A stretch of 64,000 bases of DNA, taken from positions 56,606 to 120,605 of the forward strand of contig SHYT01000002.1 in NCBI GenBank assembly GCA_009692665.1, given 5' to 3'. Both the position numbers and the translations under genes were made by a program. The notes beneath the pieces were generated by a model. It worked only from the letters and a program-made list of their open reading frames with translations, was not told where the DNA came from and ran no database searches. This stretch comes from Dehalococcoidia bacterium. Its GTDB lineage: Bacteria; Chloroflexota; Dehalococcoidia; Lucifugimonadales; SHYT01. Positions 31,302-41,156 of this stretch are shown in pieces; position 1 is the first letter of the stretch, and each line of letters opens with the position of its first letter.

Positions 31302-31790
31302 CTAGGAACCGAACCGGACATCAGCATGTGCATCCTTGTAATTGGGAACGCCCTTGGCTTCCCAGAACATGCCCGCGATCTTGTCCACGGCCGCTACCAA
31401 TTCCTTGGCGGCGTCCATGTTCACTTCCTGCTTATTCTTGGAGACGAGCTTTTCCGTCTTCCAGAAGGTGTCGTGGATATCCGGGAACTTTTGCAAGTGC
31501 GTGGGGTTGAAGAAGTCCTGCCAGAGGATATCAAGCTCTCGCTTGCAGATCTCGCCGTGGTCTTCCTTCACCTTAATGTAGCGGGACAGGGTGTTGGTGT
31601 ACGCGAGCTGCGCCGCGGCGGGGGCGTTCGGCTCGGGCTTTGCGAGGTTCTGAATGCGGAGCACCATCTTCTGGACGGTCTGCGCCGCAATCTTGGCGGA
31701 AATCGGGTCGTAGATGCCGCAGGGGATATCGCAGTGGGCGTGGGCCTTCCGGGCGGGCAGCCATCGGGTGATTTCAAACAAGCTCTTCAC
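31302..31790 (-). CDS. sodN: nickel-containing superoxide dismutase precursor
   Basis: The Ni-hook HCDIPCGIYDP follows an 18-aa propeptide MKSLFEITRWLPARKAHA. The four-helix-bundle body is similar to Streptomyces SodN (LDILWQDFF, IAGMFWEAKG). Confidence 0.9.
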   Translation of the reverse strand: MKSLFEITRWLPARKAHAHCDIPCGIYDPISAKIAAQTVQKMVLRIQNLAKPEPNAPAAAQLAYTNTLSRYIKVKEDHGEICKRELDILWQDFFNPTHLQKFPDIHDTFWKTEKLVSKNKQEVNMDAAKELVAAVDKIAGMFWEAKGVPNYKDAHADVRFGS

Positions 31791-31919
31791 TCTTTCCTCC
31801 TCCGTACTTGGCGCGTTGGGGTACTAGCCGCGCTCACTGGGGCCGAGCGCGAACCGCCCAAAGTATAATCAACGCATCCATGCCAAGCAAGCAGCGCGGT
31901 TATGTGAGGGTGCCCCACG

Positions 31920-32417
31920 GTGGAGCGCAATAGCGACCAGCGGCCTATGGGCCTTGCCCACTTACCGGCATTGCTGCTCGCTAAACGCGTAGTCATTAGC
32001 GGATGGAGCATGACGCCCACACTGGTCCCGGGCGAGCGGGTGCTGGTAAACCGGCTGGCGTATCGACGACACCCACCTGCGCGTGGCGATGTGGTGCTGG
32101 CGGAGGACCCTCGGGGCGGTCGGACACTCTTCGTGAAGCGGGTGCTCGGCTGTCCGGGCGATGTGGTGCAGGCCACCACGGAAGGGTTGCGCGTTAATGG
32201 GAAGCTGGCGCAGGAGCTTGGACCGTCTGAAAGCCGGAGCGCGCCTGCATCGTGGACACTGGGGACAGATGACTACTTTCTGGTGGGCGATGCGGCGGAC
32301 ATCCACTCAGCGATGAGCACGGACAGCCGGACGTTTGGGCCGGTGCCTCGGAGGCTGATTCGCGGACGAGTGTGGATGGTGTACTGGCCGCCTTCGCGCG
32401 CGCGGCGGATAGATTAA
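31920..32417 (+). CDS. sodX: S26-family signal-peptidase-like Ni-SOD maturation protease
   Basis: GWSMTPTL (catalytic Ser), GDVVLAEDP, LFVKRVLGCPGDVV (Lys) and DSRTFGPV. Divergent from sodN, with a TATAAT at 31862-31867. Confidence 0.85.
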   Translation: MERNSDQRPMGLAHLPALLLAKRVVISGWSMTPTLVPGERVLVNRLAYRRHPPARGDVVLAEDPRGGRTLFVKRVLGCPGDVVQATTEGLRVNGKLAQELGPSESRSAPASWTLGTDDYFLVGDAADIHSAMSTDSRTFGPVPRRLIRGRVWMVYWPPSRARRID

Positions 32418-32677
32418 GGGCTAATCCTACAAAGGATGGGCTGCAAGAGCAAAAGTAGGAAGGGATGAGAGCAGGAGAGATCCTTCGGCGTGTCCTCAAG
32501 ATGACAAATAGAGGCGGGCGGTGAAGGCAGAAGGTATGGGCAGTCAGGACGAGGACGCCTCGTCCCTACAGCGTGAGAGTGGTACCCCGTCATGGTACCG
32601 TTCTGGAAGCTATTTTTAGTGCAACGACAATCGGGTAGGTGACGAGCGAAGATGACGAGTCGCGGCAGGTGAGGGAG

Positions 32678-33961
32678 TTAAAGGGTTGCGGCTACTTGCT
32701 TGGTGGCAATGAGCGTTTCCTCGATGTCATCCGGCGTGTGGGTGAGGGAGACGAACATGGCTTCAAAGGCTGAGGGGGCCAGGTAGACGCCACGGTCCAG
32801 CATGCCGTGGAAGAATTTTCCATAGGCCGGCACGTCGGACTTTTCAACGTCGCTCCAGTTCTGCACTGGGCTTTGGCGGAAGAAGACCGTCATTAGGGAA
32901 CCAATGCGGTTGATGGTGACGGGCCGTCCTGCTTGTTTAAAAATATCACGCAGACCAGCCTCAAGACTGGCCGAGGTTTCCTCCAAGCGCTCGTACACCT
33001 TGGGCGTTTGCAAGGCATGCAGCATGGCGATGCCCGCGGCGACGGCGACGGGGTTGCCGGAGAGCGTGCCCGCCTGGTACATGGCGCCAAGGGGAGCTAC
33101 CTGCCGCATGATGTCTGCGCTCCCGCCGTAGACCGCCAGCGGCATGCCGCCGCCCACGATTTTACCCAGGCAGGTCAAGTCGGGCGTTACAGCGTAACGC
33201 TGCTGCGCTCCACCCCACGCGACGCGGAACCCCGTGATCACCTCGTCAAAGATGAGGAGTGCGCCCGCTTCGGCGGTCAGGCTGCGCAGGCCTTCGAGGA
33301 AGCCCGCTTGCGGAAGCACCACGCCCATGTTGGCGGCGATGGGCTCCACGATAATCGCGGCGATGCCGCCTGCATTCGCGTGTATCAAGCGGTCAACGGA
33401 TGCCAGGTCGTTGTATTCGGCGACGAGGGTTTCCGCAGCGAAAGACGCCGGCACGCCCGCGCTGTCCGGCACGCCGAAGGTAGCTCCGCCGGAGCCGGCT
33501 TTTACCAGCAGTGAATCGGCGTGGCCGTGGTAGCAACCGTTGAACTTGATGATTTTGCTGCGGCTGGTGAATGCGCGGGCGAGACGGACGGCGCTCATGC
33601 ACGCTTCGGTACCGGAGCTGACCAGGCGCATCATCTGCATGGAGGGGAACGCTGTCTGGATAAGCTGCGCGAGCTGCACTTCGCCGGGTGTGGGTGCGCC
33701 GAAGCTGGTGCCACGGGAGGCCATTTCGCGGACGGCGAGGGTGACGCCAGGGTGCGCGTGGCCCAAGATGAGCGGCCCCCAGGAGCCAACGTAGTCGATG
33801 TACTCATTATTATCCGCATCCCAGATGCGGGAGCCGCGGCCACGGAGAATGAATGGCGGCTCGCCGCCCACGCCTTTGAAGGAGCGGACGGGGCTGTTCA
33901 CGCCGCCGGGCAGGAGCTTTTTCGCCTCTTCATAGAGACGGTGGGAGGTGTCGTGTTTCAT
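32678..33961 (-). CDS. hemL: glutamate-1-semialdehyde 2,1-aminomutase
   Basis: 427 aa. GGVNSPVRSF, DYVGSWGPLILGH, LIFDEVITGFR and GKIVGGGMP (PLP Lys). Confidence 0.96.
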   Translation of the reverse strand: MKHDTSHRLYEEAKKLLPGGVNSPVRSFKGVGGEPPFILRGRGSRIWDADNNEYIDYVGSWGPLILGHAHPGVTLAVREMASRGTSFGAPTPGEVQLAQLIQTAFPSMQMMRLVSSGTEACMSAVRLARAFTSRSKIIKFNGCYHGHADSLLVKAGSGGATFGVPDSAGVPASFAAETLVAEYNDLASVDRLIHANAGGIAAIIVEPIAANMGVVLPQAGFLEGLRSLTAEAGALLIFDEVITGFRVAWGGAQQRYAVTPDLTCLGKIVGGGMPLAVYGGSADIMRQVAPLGAMYQAGTLSGNPVAVAAGIAMLHALQTPKVYERLEETSASLEAGLRDIFKQAGRPVTINRIGSLMTVFFRQSPVQNWSDVEKSDVPAYGKFFHGMLDRGVYLAPSAFEAMFVSLTHTPDDIEETLIATKQVAATL

Positions 33962-33974
33962 GAAATACTAGTTT

Positions 33975-34008
33975 ACATTGTCCAGGATATCTTGACAATG
34001 TTGACAAT
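33975..34008. promoter_or_regulatory. AT-rich promoter/operator of the toxin-antitoxin pair
   Basis: An inverted repeat ACATTGTC (33975-33982) / GACAATGT (33994-34001) overlaps tandem TTGACAAT TG TTGACAAT (33992-34008) in an AT-rich island, 60-90 nt upstream of the antitoxin ATG. Confidence 0.5.
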
Positions 34009-34065
34009 CATAATAATGATATAAATATTGACCACATTACCACATTCTTTTTTTGGAGTCAGACT

Positions 34066-34386
34066 ATGGAACGTCATCGCGTGATGCTTGGGGATATAGA
34101 CCAGCGACTCTGGGCTCGCGTCAAAGCCGAGGCTGCTCTCGCGCAAAAGCCAATCAGCACGTGGGTTGCTGAAGCACTCATGGAAGCGGTAGAGGACGCA
34201 GAAAACACAAGGGCTGCCGAAGAAAGCCTCCAAGACCGGGGAGGTACAGTCACCTTAGAGGAGTATTTGGCACGTGAGAGAGCGGTATCGAATAAACCTA
34301 CTGCCGCGCGCGCAAAAAGACCTCGACGACCTAGCGCCGCTCATGAAGGAGCGAGTCATCGCCGCGCTGCAGCGGCTTCGGGTTGA
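34066..34386 (+). CDS. type II antitoxin (ribbon-helix-helix/CopG-like N-terminus)
   Basis: MERHRVMLGDIDQRLWARVKAEAALAQKPISTWVAEALMEAV is an RHH-like strand-helix-helix. GGAG lies 7 nt upstream. The frame runs 113 nt into the toxin gene, so the annotated C-terminus (Arg/Ala/Pro-rich) is doubtful. Confidence 0.6.
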   Translation: MERHRVMLGDIDQRLWARVKAEAALAQKPISTWVAEALMEAVEDAENTRAAEESLQDRGGTVTLEEYLARERAVSNKPTAARAKRPRRPSAAHEGASHRRAAAASG

Positions 34387-34549
34387 GCCGTTTTCAGCCA
34401 ATTCACAAAGGCTGAAAGGCTCCCGCGATTTATTCAGGCTCCGAGTGGGCGATTACCGGATTATCTATACAATCGCGCATCAGATGAAGCTGATTGAAAT
34501 TGCTAAAGTCCAACACCATCGCGATGTCTATCGTGGCCTGAATGACTAG
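34274..34549 (+). CDS. RelE/ParE-family type II toxin
   Basis: YRINLLPRAQKDLDDL...RVIAALQRLRVEPF......LKGSRDLFRLRVGDYRIIYTIAHQMKLIEIAKVQHHRDVY is the RelE/ParE pattern (GDYRIIY). Confidence 0.8.
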   Translation: MRERYRINLLPRAQKDLDDLAPLMKERVIAALQRLRVEPFSANSQRLKGSRDLFRLRVGDYRIIYTIAHQMKLIEIAKVQHHRDVYRGLND

Positions 34550-34698
34550 ACTTCTGAAGTTATGCGCGAGCTGCTTTAATACCAGGGGGGTCCATGGGAA
34601 ACGCTGCGCGGACAATCAACTGATATTCCGTGCATTCTTAATAGCCCTGCTTCGAGAGTGTCAACGAAACTCAGGCGCATTTCCTCGTCGGGCTTAGT

Positions 34699-35682
34699 CT
34701 AGCGCTCCGCCTGCAGCCACCGCGCGGCTTCCTTAGCGTGGTACGTCAGGATCAAGTCGGCTCCGGCGCGCTTAATAGAGGTCAGTACCTCAAGGATCGC
34801 GCGTTGCTCATCCAGCCAGCCATTCTTTGCGGCCGCCTTCACCATGCTGTATTCGCCACTCACGTTGTAGGCGACGAGGGGCAAGGGCACGCACTCACGC
34901 ACTTTGGCGATGATATCCAGGTACGACAGCGCGGGCTTCACCATCACGAGGTCGGCGCCTTCTTCTACATCGAGCTCCACCTCTCGGAGGGCCATACGCC
35001 AGTTGGCGGGGTCCATCTGGTAACCACGGCGGTCGCCGAACTGCGGAGCCGACTGCGCAGCGGCCCGGAACGGCCCGTAGAACGCCGACGCATACTTAGC
35101 GGCATACGCCATGATGGGCGTCTCGGTCAGACCGGCGGCGTCCAGCGCCTTGCGGATGGCGGCCACCTGCCCGTCCATCATCGCAGATGGCGCAACGATG
35201 TCCGCGCCCGCCTGCGCCTGGGTGACCGCTGTTCTGGCGAGGAGCTCCAGCGTGGCGTCGTTGTCCACGTTGCCATTGCGGACGATGCCACAATGACCGT
35301 GGTCCGTGTATTCGCAGAGACACGCGTCCGTGATCACCGCAAGCTCCGGCCAGCGTTTCTTGATGGCGCGCACTGCCTCTTGCACTACGCCCTCTTCGGC
35401 GTACGCGCCCGTGCCCTTGGCGTCCTTAAGGGAGGGAATACCGAACAACAGCACCCCTGGGATGCCGAGGCCTACAACCTCAGCAATCTCATCGTGCAGC
35501 CTGTCCAAAGAGACCTGATAGCAGCCGGGCATCGGCTCAATCTCCTCGCGCACGTTCTTGCCGTGCGTCACGAAGAGCGGATACACGAACTGATCAGCGG
35601 AGAGCTTTGTCTCCTGCACCATGCGCCGCACCGCGCCTGACTGACGTAGCCGCCGCATACGAGTTATTGGAAACTGAGCCAT
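34699..35682 (-). CDS. hemB: porphobilinogen synthase (delta-aminolevulinate dehydratase)
   Basis: [20 protein letters not shown] (Zn site), MVKPAL (Schiff-base Lys) and [10 protein letters not shown]. Confidence 0.96.
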   Translation of the reverse strand: MAQFPITRMRRLRQSGAVRRMVQETKLSADQFVYPLFVTHGKNVREEIEPMPGCYQVSLDRLHDEIAEVVGLGIPGVLLFGIPSLKDAKGTGAYAEEGVVQEAVRAIKKRWPELAVITDACLCEYTDHGHCGIVRNGNVDNDATLELLARTAVTQAQAGADIVAPSAMMDGQVAAIRKALDAAGLTETPIMAYAAKYASAFYGPFRAAAQSAPQFGDRRGYQMDPANWRMALREVELDVEEGADLVMVKPALSYLDIIAKVRECVPLPLVAYNVSGEYSMVKAAAKNGWLDEQRAILEVLTSIKRAGADLILTYHAKEAARWLQAER

Positions 35683-35690
35683 CGTTCTCC

Positions 35691-37214
35691 CTATTGCCTG
35701 GCCGGGGCTGACCCGACATACTCTATTATCGCGCGCACTAATCCTGGTACCGTGTGCTCCTGCGCTTCAACGTCCACGTGCAGCCCCAACTCGCGCGCCG
35801 TTGCTGATGTGATTGGTCCAATGCTGGCGATGAGCACGCCATCCAGTTTCTTCACGTCGCCATCCAACAACCGCACCAGATTTTTCACCGTTGAGGAACT
35901 GGTGAACGTGGCGGCGTCTATGCCGTCTTTAAGAATGCTGTTCGCCTGTGCTCGGGCAGAGCTCGGCATGCGCGTTTCATAGACGGCCACGTCGTCCACC
36001 TGCACCCCAATTGCCCGCAATCCTCTGGACAGCACGTCCCGGCTTTCCAGAGCACGCGGTACCAACACTGTATCGCCGGAAGAGACATGCCCTCGCAAGG
36101 CTTGCAATGCATCCTCAGAAACGAATTCGTTTGGCAGCAGGTCTGCGAGGACACCGCGCTCCCGCAGCGCTACCGCCGTGGCAGTGCCGATGGCGCACAC
36201 GCGGGCCGCACCAAACGCTCTCACGTCTTTTTTGAGGATGGCGAGGCGTTTGAAGAAGATCTCCACGCTATTCGTGCTCGTGAATACCACCCACTGGTAG
36301 CCGCCAAGATGGGCAAGTGCTGCATCCAGCGGTTTTGTGTCGCTGGTGGGAACAACTTCAATGGTTGAGAGATGGATGGGTTGCGCACCTTCTGCGGCGA
36401 GCAGTTCACTCATGCTGCTGGCCTGGTCCCGCGTGCGCGTCACCAGCACACTCGTGCCAAAGAGCGGCCTTCGTTCAAACCACGCCAGCCGCTCCCGTAG
36501 TGACACTACGTCTCCCACCACCATGAGCACCGGCGCCGACAGCTTTGCAGCATCGGCTTTGCGGGCAATAGTATTGAGAGTTCCTGTGACCACTTGCTGT
36601 CTGGAAGTAGTGCCCCAGTGCACCAGCGCGACCGGCGTGTCCGCTTTGCGGCCGGCGGCAATTATGGCGTGCATAATGCCGTCAAGATTTGCGAGGCCCA
36701 TGAGCACAACAAGAGTATCGGCAGCATTTGCGAGCCGTTGCCAGTCAATGCTTACGGCTTCTTTGGCAGGGTCTTGGCTCCCGGTGACGAACGCGACGGA
36801 TGACGCGACGCCGCGATGGGTGACAGGGATGCCTGCATACGCAGGCGCAGCGATGGCGGAGGTCACGCCGGGCACAACCTCAAAGGCCACGCCTGCCTTA
36901 GCCAGGGCCTCCGCCTCTTCGCCGCCGCGTCCGAAGACAAACGGGTCGCCGCCTTTAAGCCGGATGACCTGCTTGCCGGCCTGCCCTTTTTCCACGAGCA
37001 GCGCGTTGATTCCCTCTTGGCTCATCACGCGCAGCCCACGGCCCTTGCCCGCATCAATCAGCTCCGCACCGTCACGCGCGTGTTCCAGTAATCGGGTATC
37101 CATGAGCCGGTCATATACCACCACGTCCGCGCGCTTCAGCAGTTCCAGCCCACGCACAGTGAGAAGCCCTGGATCACCAGGCCCGGCCCCCACCAGGAAC
37201 ACGCGCCCACTCAC
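35691..37214 (-). CDS. cobA/hemD: fused uroporphyrinogen-III C-methyltransferase / uroporphyrinogen-III synthase
   Basis: 507 aa. The N-terminus [18 protein letters not shown]...VVYDRL...[16 protein letters not shown] is SUMT. The C-terminal half from [13 protein letters not shown] is HemD-like. Confidence 0.92.
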   Translation of the reverse strand: MSGRVFLVGAGPGDPGLLTVRGLELLKRADVVVYDRLMDTRLLEHARDGAELIDAGKGRGLRVMSQEGINALLVEKGQAGKQVIRLKGGDPFVFGRGGEEAEALAKAGVAFEVVPGVTSAIAAPAYAGIPVTHRGVASSVAFVTGSQDPAKEAVSIDWQRLANAADTLVVLMGLANLDGIMHAIIAAGRKADTPVALVHWGTTSRQQVVTGTLNTIARKADAAKLSAPVLMVVGDVVSLRERLAWFERRPLFGTSVLVTRTRDQASSMSELLAAEGAQPIHLSTIEVVPTSDTKPLDAALAHLGGYQWVVFTSTNSVEIFFKRLAILKKDVRAFGAARVCAIGTATAVALRERGVLADLLPNEFVSEDALQALRGHVSSGDTVLVPRALESRDVLSRGLRAIGVQVDDVAVYETRMPSSARAQANSILKDGIDAATFTSSSTVKNLVRLLDGDVKKLDGVLIASIGPITSATARELGLHVDVEAQEHTVPGLVRAIIEYVGSAPARQ

Positions 37215-38134
37215 GCCGCACCTTCACGCAGCAAGTCATCCGCACCAGCCGCGCGAAGCATTTGCAGCAATCGCTCTCCGGCGGCGCCTGCCTGCTCAAC
37301 AGAAGCAGTAACCAACTGGCGATAGACCCGTTTGCCGTCAGTGGACGCGACCAGTCCGCGGACACGCACGGTGCTGCCCTGGACTGTTGCATATGCGGCT
37401 ATGGGCGTCTTGCAGCCTGCACCCGCTGCCCGCAGAAACGCGCGCTCCGCTTGTGTCGCAATGCATGTTGGTTCATGGTCCAACAGTTTCAGTAAGGCCA
37501 GCGTTTCCACATCGTCCACGCGCGCTTCCACGCCCAACACCCCTTGTGAGATCGCAGGCACCAAGGTATCGGGGTCCAGAAACTCGGTGATGTGCCGTTC
37601 CAGCCCAAGACGGATGAGACCAGCGGCGGCTAGCACTACGGCGTCGTACTCGCTGGCCAGGAGCTTCCGCACGCGCGTGTCCACATTGCCACGAATATTC
37701 TGTGTATCCACGTCCGGCCTGAGTTCTTTCACAAGCGCGGTCCGCCGCGGACTGCTGGTGCCAATAACAGCGCCCGCCTGCAATTGCCCAAGGCTGCGAC
37801 CATCCTTGCTGACGATGACATCGCGCGCATCTGCCCGTTCCGGCACGGCGGCTAGCACAAGTCCGGCAGGTAACTGCCCCGGCAAGTCCTTCAGGCTATG
37901 CACAGCGAGGTCAACGTCATGAGCCAGCAGGGCGTTCTCGATTTCCCGGCTGAATGCGCCACGGCCTAGCTCTTCAAGAGGCGCCTGCGTGACGACATCG
38001 CCTTTGGTCTTGATGGTCTTGATGTGGAACTCGCGGGTGGGATCCAGCAGTCGCAACGCACTGACCACGATGCCGGTTTGTATAAGCGCCAGCTTGCTCC
38101 CGCGAGTGCCTATCACCAGTGCGCGAGCAGCCAT
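37211..38134 (-). CDS. hemC: hydroxymethylbilane synthase (porphobilinogen deaminase)
   Basis: IGTRGSKLALIQT, TKGD, AVHSLKDLP, RGNVDTR and a C-terminal cofactor Cys (GAGCKTPIAA). Confidence 0.96.
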   Translation of the reverse strand: MAARALVIGTRGSKLALIQTGIVVSALRLLDPTREFHIKTIKTKGDVVTQAPLEELGRGAFSREIENALLAHDVDLAVHSLKDLPGQLPAGLVLAAVPERADARDVIVSKDGRSLGQLQAGAVIGTSSPRRTALVKELRPDVDTQNIRGNVDTRVRKLLASEYDAVVLAAAGLIRLGLERHITEFLDPDTLVPAISQGVLGVEARVDDVETLALLKLLDHEPTCIATQAERAFLRAAGAGCKTPIAAYATVQGSTVRVRGLVASTDGKRVYRQLVTASVEQAGAAGERLLQMLRAAGADDLLREGAA

Positions 38135-38136
38135 TG

Positions 38137-39426
38137 CTAGTCCTTGTCCTGAAGATGATGGCCTCTCGCCTGGCCTGGGGCATCCACAGGAAGCTGAAAC
38201 AGCTCCCGGAACAGCTTGAGCTGCTCCTGGTTGCCGCTGGACTTGATTGTGGTGATGGGCGCGTGGAGCAGCTTCTGCACCAGTGCGCGGCTCATGTCCT
38301 CAAGCACCACCTGCTGCTCCGGGCTCAACTCTTGCAGCCTGCGCAAAGCCCGCGCAAATTCACGCTGGCGCACTGCTTCTGCCTGTTGCTGGAGCGATGC
38401 CACGGCAGGCTGAATAGCCAGGCCGTCCCACCACGTTTGGAACTGCGCCACTTCTTCTTCGACAATGCCTTCCGCACGCGCCGATTCCTCGTCCTGTTCG
38501 TGGCGATGCAGCGCAGCAATCTCGTTGAAGTCATCCAGGTCAAACAGCGATACGTAGGGCAGCGTCCGCACGTCGGGGTCAACGTCACGTGGTATCGCAA
38601 TATCCATGAGCACCAGCGGTTTCTGAGAGATGCGTATAGCCTCAAGAAGTCCCCGGGTAATGACCGTTCCCGGCGACTCTGTAGCGCTCACCACCACGTC
38701 GGCATCCGCCAGCAAGGCGTGCAGCGATTCAAACGGCTCGGCCCCTGTAGCCCCTACCTCTGCCACAAGATCCTGCGCGCGCTGGAACGTGCGGTTCGTG
38801 ATGACCAGGGATTCGAGCTTGGCTTGCGAAAGTGCTCGCGCGGCCAACTTCCCGGCCTGTCCCGCGCCAATCACAACAGCACGCTTGCCGGCAAGATTGC
38901 CCAGCGTTTGGCGCGCCAGATGGATGCACGCCGCGCTGATAGAAAGCCCGTTCCGGCTGAGGCGCGTTTCTGTGTGGACCCGTTTGCCAACGCGCAATGC
39001 TTGATGGAACATCTTCCCCAGCGGATCGTGCACGGTTCCCGCCAGCGTGGCTGCGCTGAACGCCGAACGCACCTGGCCCAGCACCTGCGTCTCGCCGACC
39101 AGTAGCGAGTCCAGGCCGCTTGCCACGCGGAACAGGTGCCGCACGGCATCAGGCCCTTCATAGCGGTAGAAGTACCGCTCAATGGACCCCGCGCCGAGCG
39201 GGTACAGTTGTTCCAGGAACGCCATCCATGCATCCCGCTGCCCAGCGGACGCGTCAGCCATTGTGTAAAACTCTGTACGGTTGCACGTGGAGACGATGAC
39301 AGCGTGGCCGAACGGCTTCGCCAGCGCCTCTAGCGCACTCGGCAACCGTTCTGCAGACACGCTGAGCCGCTCACGCACTTCAAGCGGCGCCGTGCGATGG
39401 CTTATGCCAAGAATGATAGGCTTCAC
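38137..39426 (-). CDS. hemA: glutamyl-tRNA reductase
   Basis: ILGISHRTAPLEVRE, STCNRTEFY (catalytic Cys), LLVGETQVLGQV and an NADPH site VIGAGQAGK. Confidence 0.96.
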   Translation of the reverse strand: MKPIILGISHRTAPLEVRERLSVSAERLPSALEALAKPFGHAVIVSTCNRTEFYTMADASAGQRDAWMAFLEQLYPLGAGSIERYFYRYEGPDAVRHLFRVASGLDSLLVGETQVLGQVRSAFSAATLAGTVHDPLGKMFHQALRVGKRVHTETRLSRNGLSISAACIHLARQTLGNLAGKRAVVIGAGQAGKLAARALSQAKLESLVITNRTFQRAQDLVAEVGATGAEPFESLHALLADADVVVSATESPGTVITRGLLEAIRISQKPLVLMDIAIPRDVDPDVRTLPYVSLFDLDDFNEIAALHRHEQDEESARAEGIVEEEVAQFQTWWDGLAIQPAVASLQQQAEAVRQREFARALRRLQELSPEQQVVLEDMSRALVQKLLHAPITTIKSSGNQEQLKLFRELFQLPVDAPGQARGHHLQDKD

Positions 39427-40100
39427 GAATGCTTCACTCCCGCAGGCTGTGCGCCCGCCTCAAGTCGAGCCGTGAGCACCTTGCGAGCCTCTGCTCTCTT
39501 TCCTTGCCGGACCATCTCCAGCACATCGGTGGTCATGCACGCCTGCCAATGGTCTGACGCGACAATGACGCCCCGACTACGCAGGTCGCCGCGCACCTCG
39601 CCAAGCATCTCTCCTGCGTCTGCCCACGCAATGCAACAGGCCGTGCCGCGCTGCAGGCTTTTGTCCAAGTCTTCGCGAAGCCGTCGCGCCAATGCAGGGC
39701 TCAGCCCCCCCGTTGAGACAGCCACAGTGACCGGCCCCCGGTGCACTACCGCTGGCGCAATCCAGTTGCAGAGATGCGGAACGTCCATGACATTCAAGAG
39801 GCAATTGCGGTGCTCAGCTTCGTGGTTCACTGCCTCGTTCACAGCAGGGTTCGACGTGTCTGCCACAATGGCCATGAAGGCACCCTGCAGGTCTCCGCGC
39901 CGGTAATGGCGCTTGTGCCACGTGATTTTCCCGCTTGTCGCCAGTTGTTGCAGGTGTTCCGTAAGACCTAGACTCACGATCTCAATGCGCGCACCGCAGG
40001 CTAGCATTGGGCCAATCTTGCCTTCGGCCGCAGCGTCGCCGCCAATGACCACACACTTTCGATTCCTCAGGTCTAAGAACACGGGATAAAAATCAGCCAC
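39423..40100 (-). CDS. sirC: precorrin-2 dehydrogenase / sirohydrochlorin ferrochelatase (SirC / CysG N-domain / Met8-like)
   Basis: FYPVFLDLRNRKCVVIGGDAAAEGKIGPMLACGARIEIVS (Rossmann), 225 aa, overlapping the hemA start by 4 nt. Confidence 0.85.
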   Translation of the reverse strand: MADFYPVFLDLRNRKCVVIGGDAAAEGKIGPMLACGARIEIVSLGLTEHLQQLATSGKITWHKRHYRRGDLQGAFMAIVADTSNPAVNEAVNHEAEHRNCLLNVMDVPHLCNWIAPAVVHRGPVTVAVSTGGLSPALARRLREDLDKSLQRGTACCIAWADAGEMLGEVRGDLRSRGVIVASDHWQACMTTDVLEMVRQGKRAEARKVLTARLEAGAQPAGVKHS

Positions 40101-40126
40101 ATCTCACCTCGTTGAGCCTGCGCCGG

Positions 40127-41107
40127 TTAGACAAAGTACCGCACGCGTGTCTTTTTGTACTCGCGCGTGCTAAACAGCAACATGTAGTCGCTGACCCCGC
40201 ACTCTTGCGACATCTCCTTTGCAATTTCCTCGCACTTCTCTTGGGTCGTAGCGTGGATCATCGCAAAGTGGCTGTAGGGCCAGTCCGGATACGTGGGGCG
40301 CTCATAGCAGTGCGTAACCCACTTGGATTTCGCCAGCGCACGTCCCACCTCTGCCGAATTGGCGGTCTCCGGCACGCGCCACACGGACATGGCATTAAAC
40401 TTGAACCCCGCACGACGGTGGTGCAGCACTGCACTGAACCGGCGCATCAACCCACGCTGCTGCAATCCGTTCGCAATGTCGAAGAGTTCCCGGTTCGTTA
40501 GGTGTAACCGCTGTGCTATGACATCAAACGGGCGGCTCTCCAGCGCAATGTCCTCTTGCAGCTCCAGCACCGCCTCAACGTCAAACGGCGTGACCTTCTC
40601 CGCTCTGTTCCAGTTAGGGTTGTCCGGGTCGTAGGAAACCGCGGCGCCCTCTTCTTTCACCATGTCAAAGTTCACGCCAATCTTGAAGAAGCGGATGACC
40701 GGCAGCAGACGACACTCCAGAGCTTCTGTGCGCTGCGCCATTTCCTTGATTGTGCCTTCCAGGCTCTCCATTGGCGGCACTGCCAGCGTGAACCATAGGT
40801 TGAAGTAGTGCCCCTCGCGAGCGTAGTTGTGGGACACACCCGGATGACGGTTGATAAGTAGCGCCGATTTGTGCAGCCTTTCCGGGTCAAAAGCCATCGC
40901 CACCAAGCACGTCGTATAGCCCAGCCTGCGAGTGTCAAAGATAGCGCTGATCTGGCGCACCACATGCTTGCGCTTCAACTCACCAATGCGGCGCAGCACA
41001 CCCTCCTCAGTAAGCCCAAGCTCGTCACCTATGGCCTTGAACGGCTCATCTGTCAGTGGGAACCGCGTTTGGATGACGTTCAGAATGCGCCGGTCGTCAA
41101 GGTCCAT
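40127..41107 (-). CDS. ahbAB: fused siroheme decarboxylase AhbA/AhbB (NirD/NirL-like, tandem Lrp/AsnC-type modules)
   Basis: Two tandem modules: LDDRRILNVIQTRFPLTDEPFKAIGDELGLTEEGVLRRIGELKRKHVVRQISAIFD...HPGVSHNY and TPFDVEAVLELQEDIALESRPFDVIAQRLHLTNRELFDIANGLQQRGLMRRFSAVL...WVTHCYERP. The start is ambiguous: ATG 41107 (MDLDDRRIL) avoids the overlap, while the ORF opens at 41224. Confidence 0.75.
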   Translation of the reverse strand: MDLDDRRILNVIQTRFPLTDEPFKAIGDELGLTEEGVLRRIGELKRKHVVRQISAIFDTRRLGYTTCLVAMAFDPERLHKSALLINRHPGVSHNYAREGHYFNLWFTLAVPPMESLEGTIKEMAQRTEALECRLLPVIRFFKIGVNFDMVKEEGAAVSYDPDNPNWNRAEKVTPFDVEAVLELQEDIALESRPFDVIAQRLHLTNRELFDIANGLQQRGLMRRFSAVLHHRRAGFKFNAMSVWRVPETANSAEVGRALAKSKWVTHCYERPTYPDWPYSHFAMIHATTQEKCEEIAKEMSQECGVSDYMLLFSTREYKKTRVRYFV

Positions 41108-41156
41108 GTCGCTGGCGTCACGCTTGGGGGCGCTGCGCTTAGAAGCAGCCGCTGGC

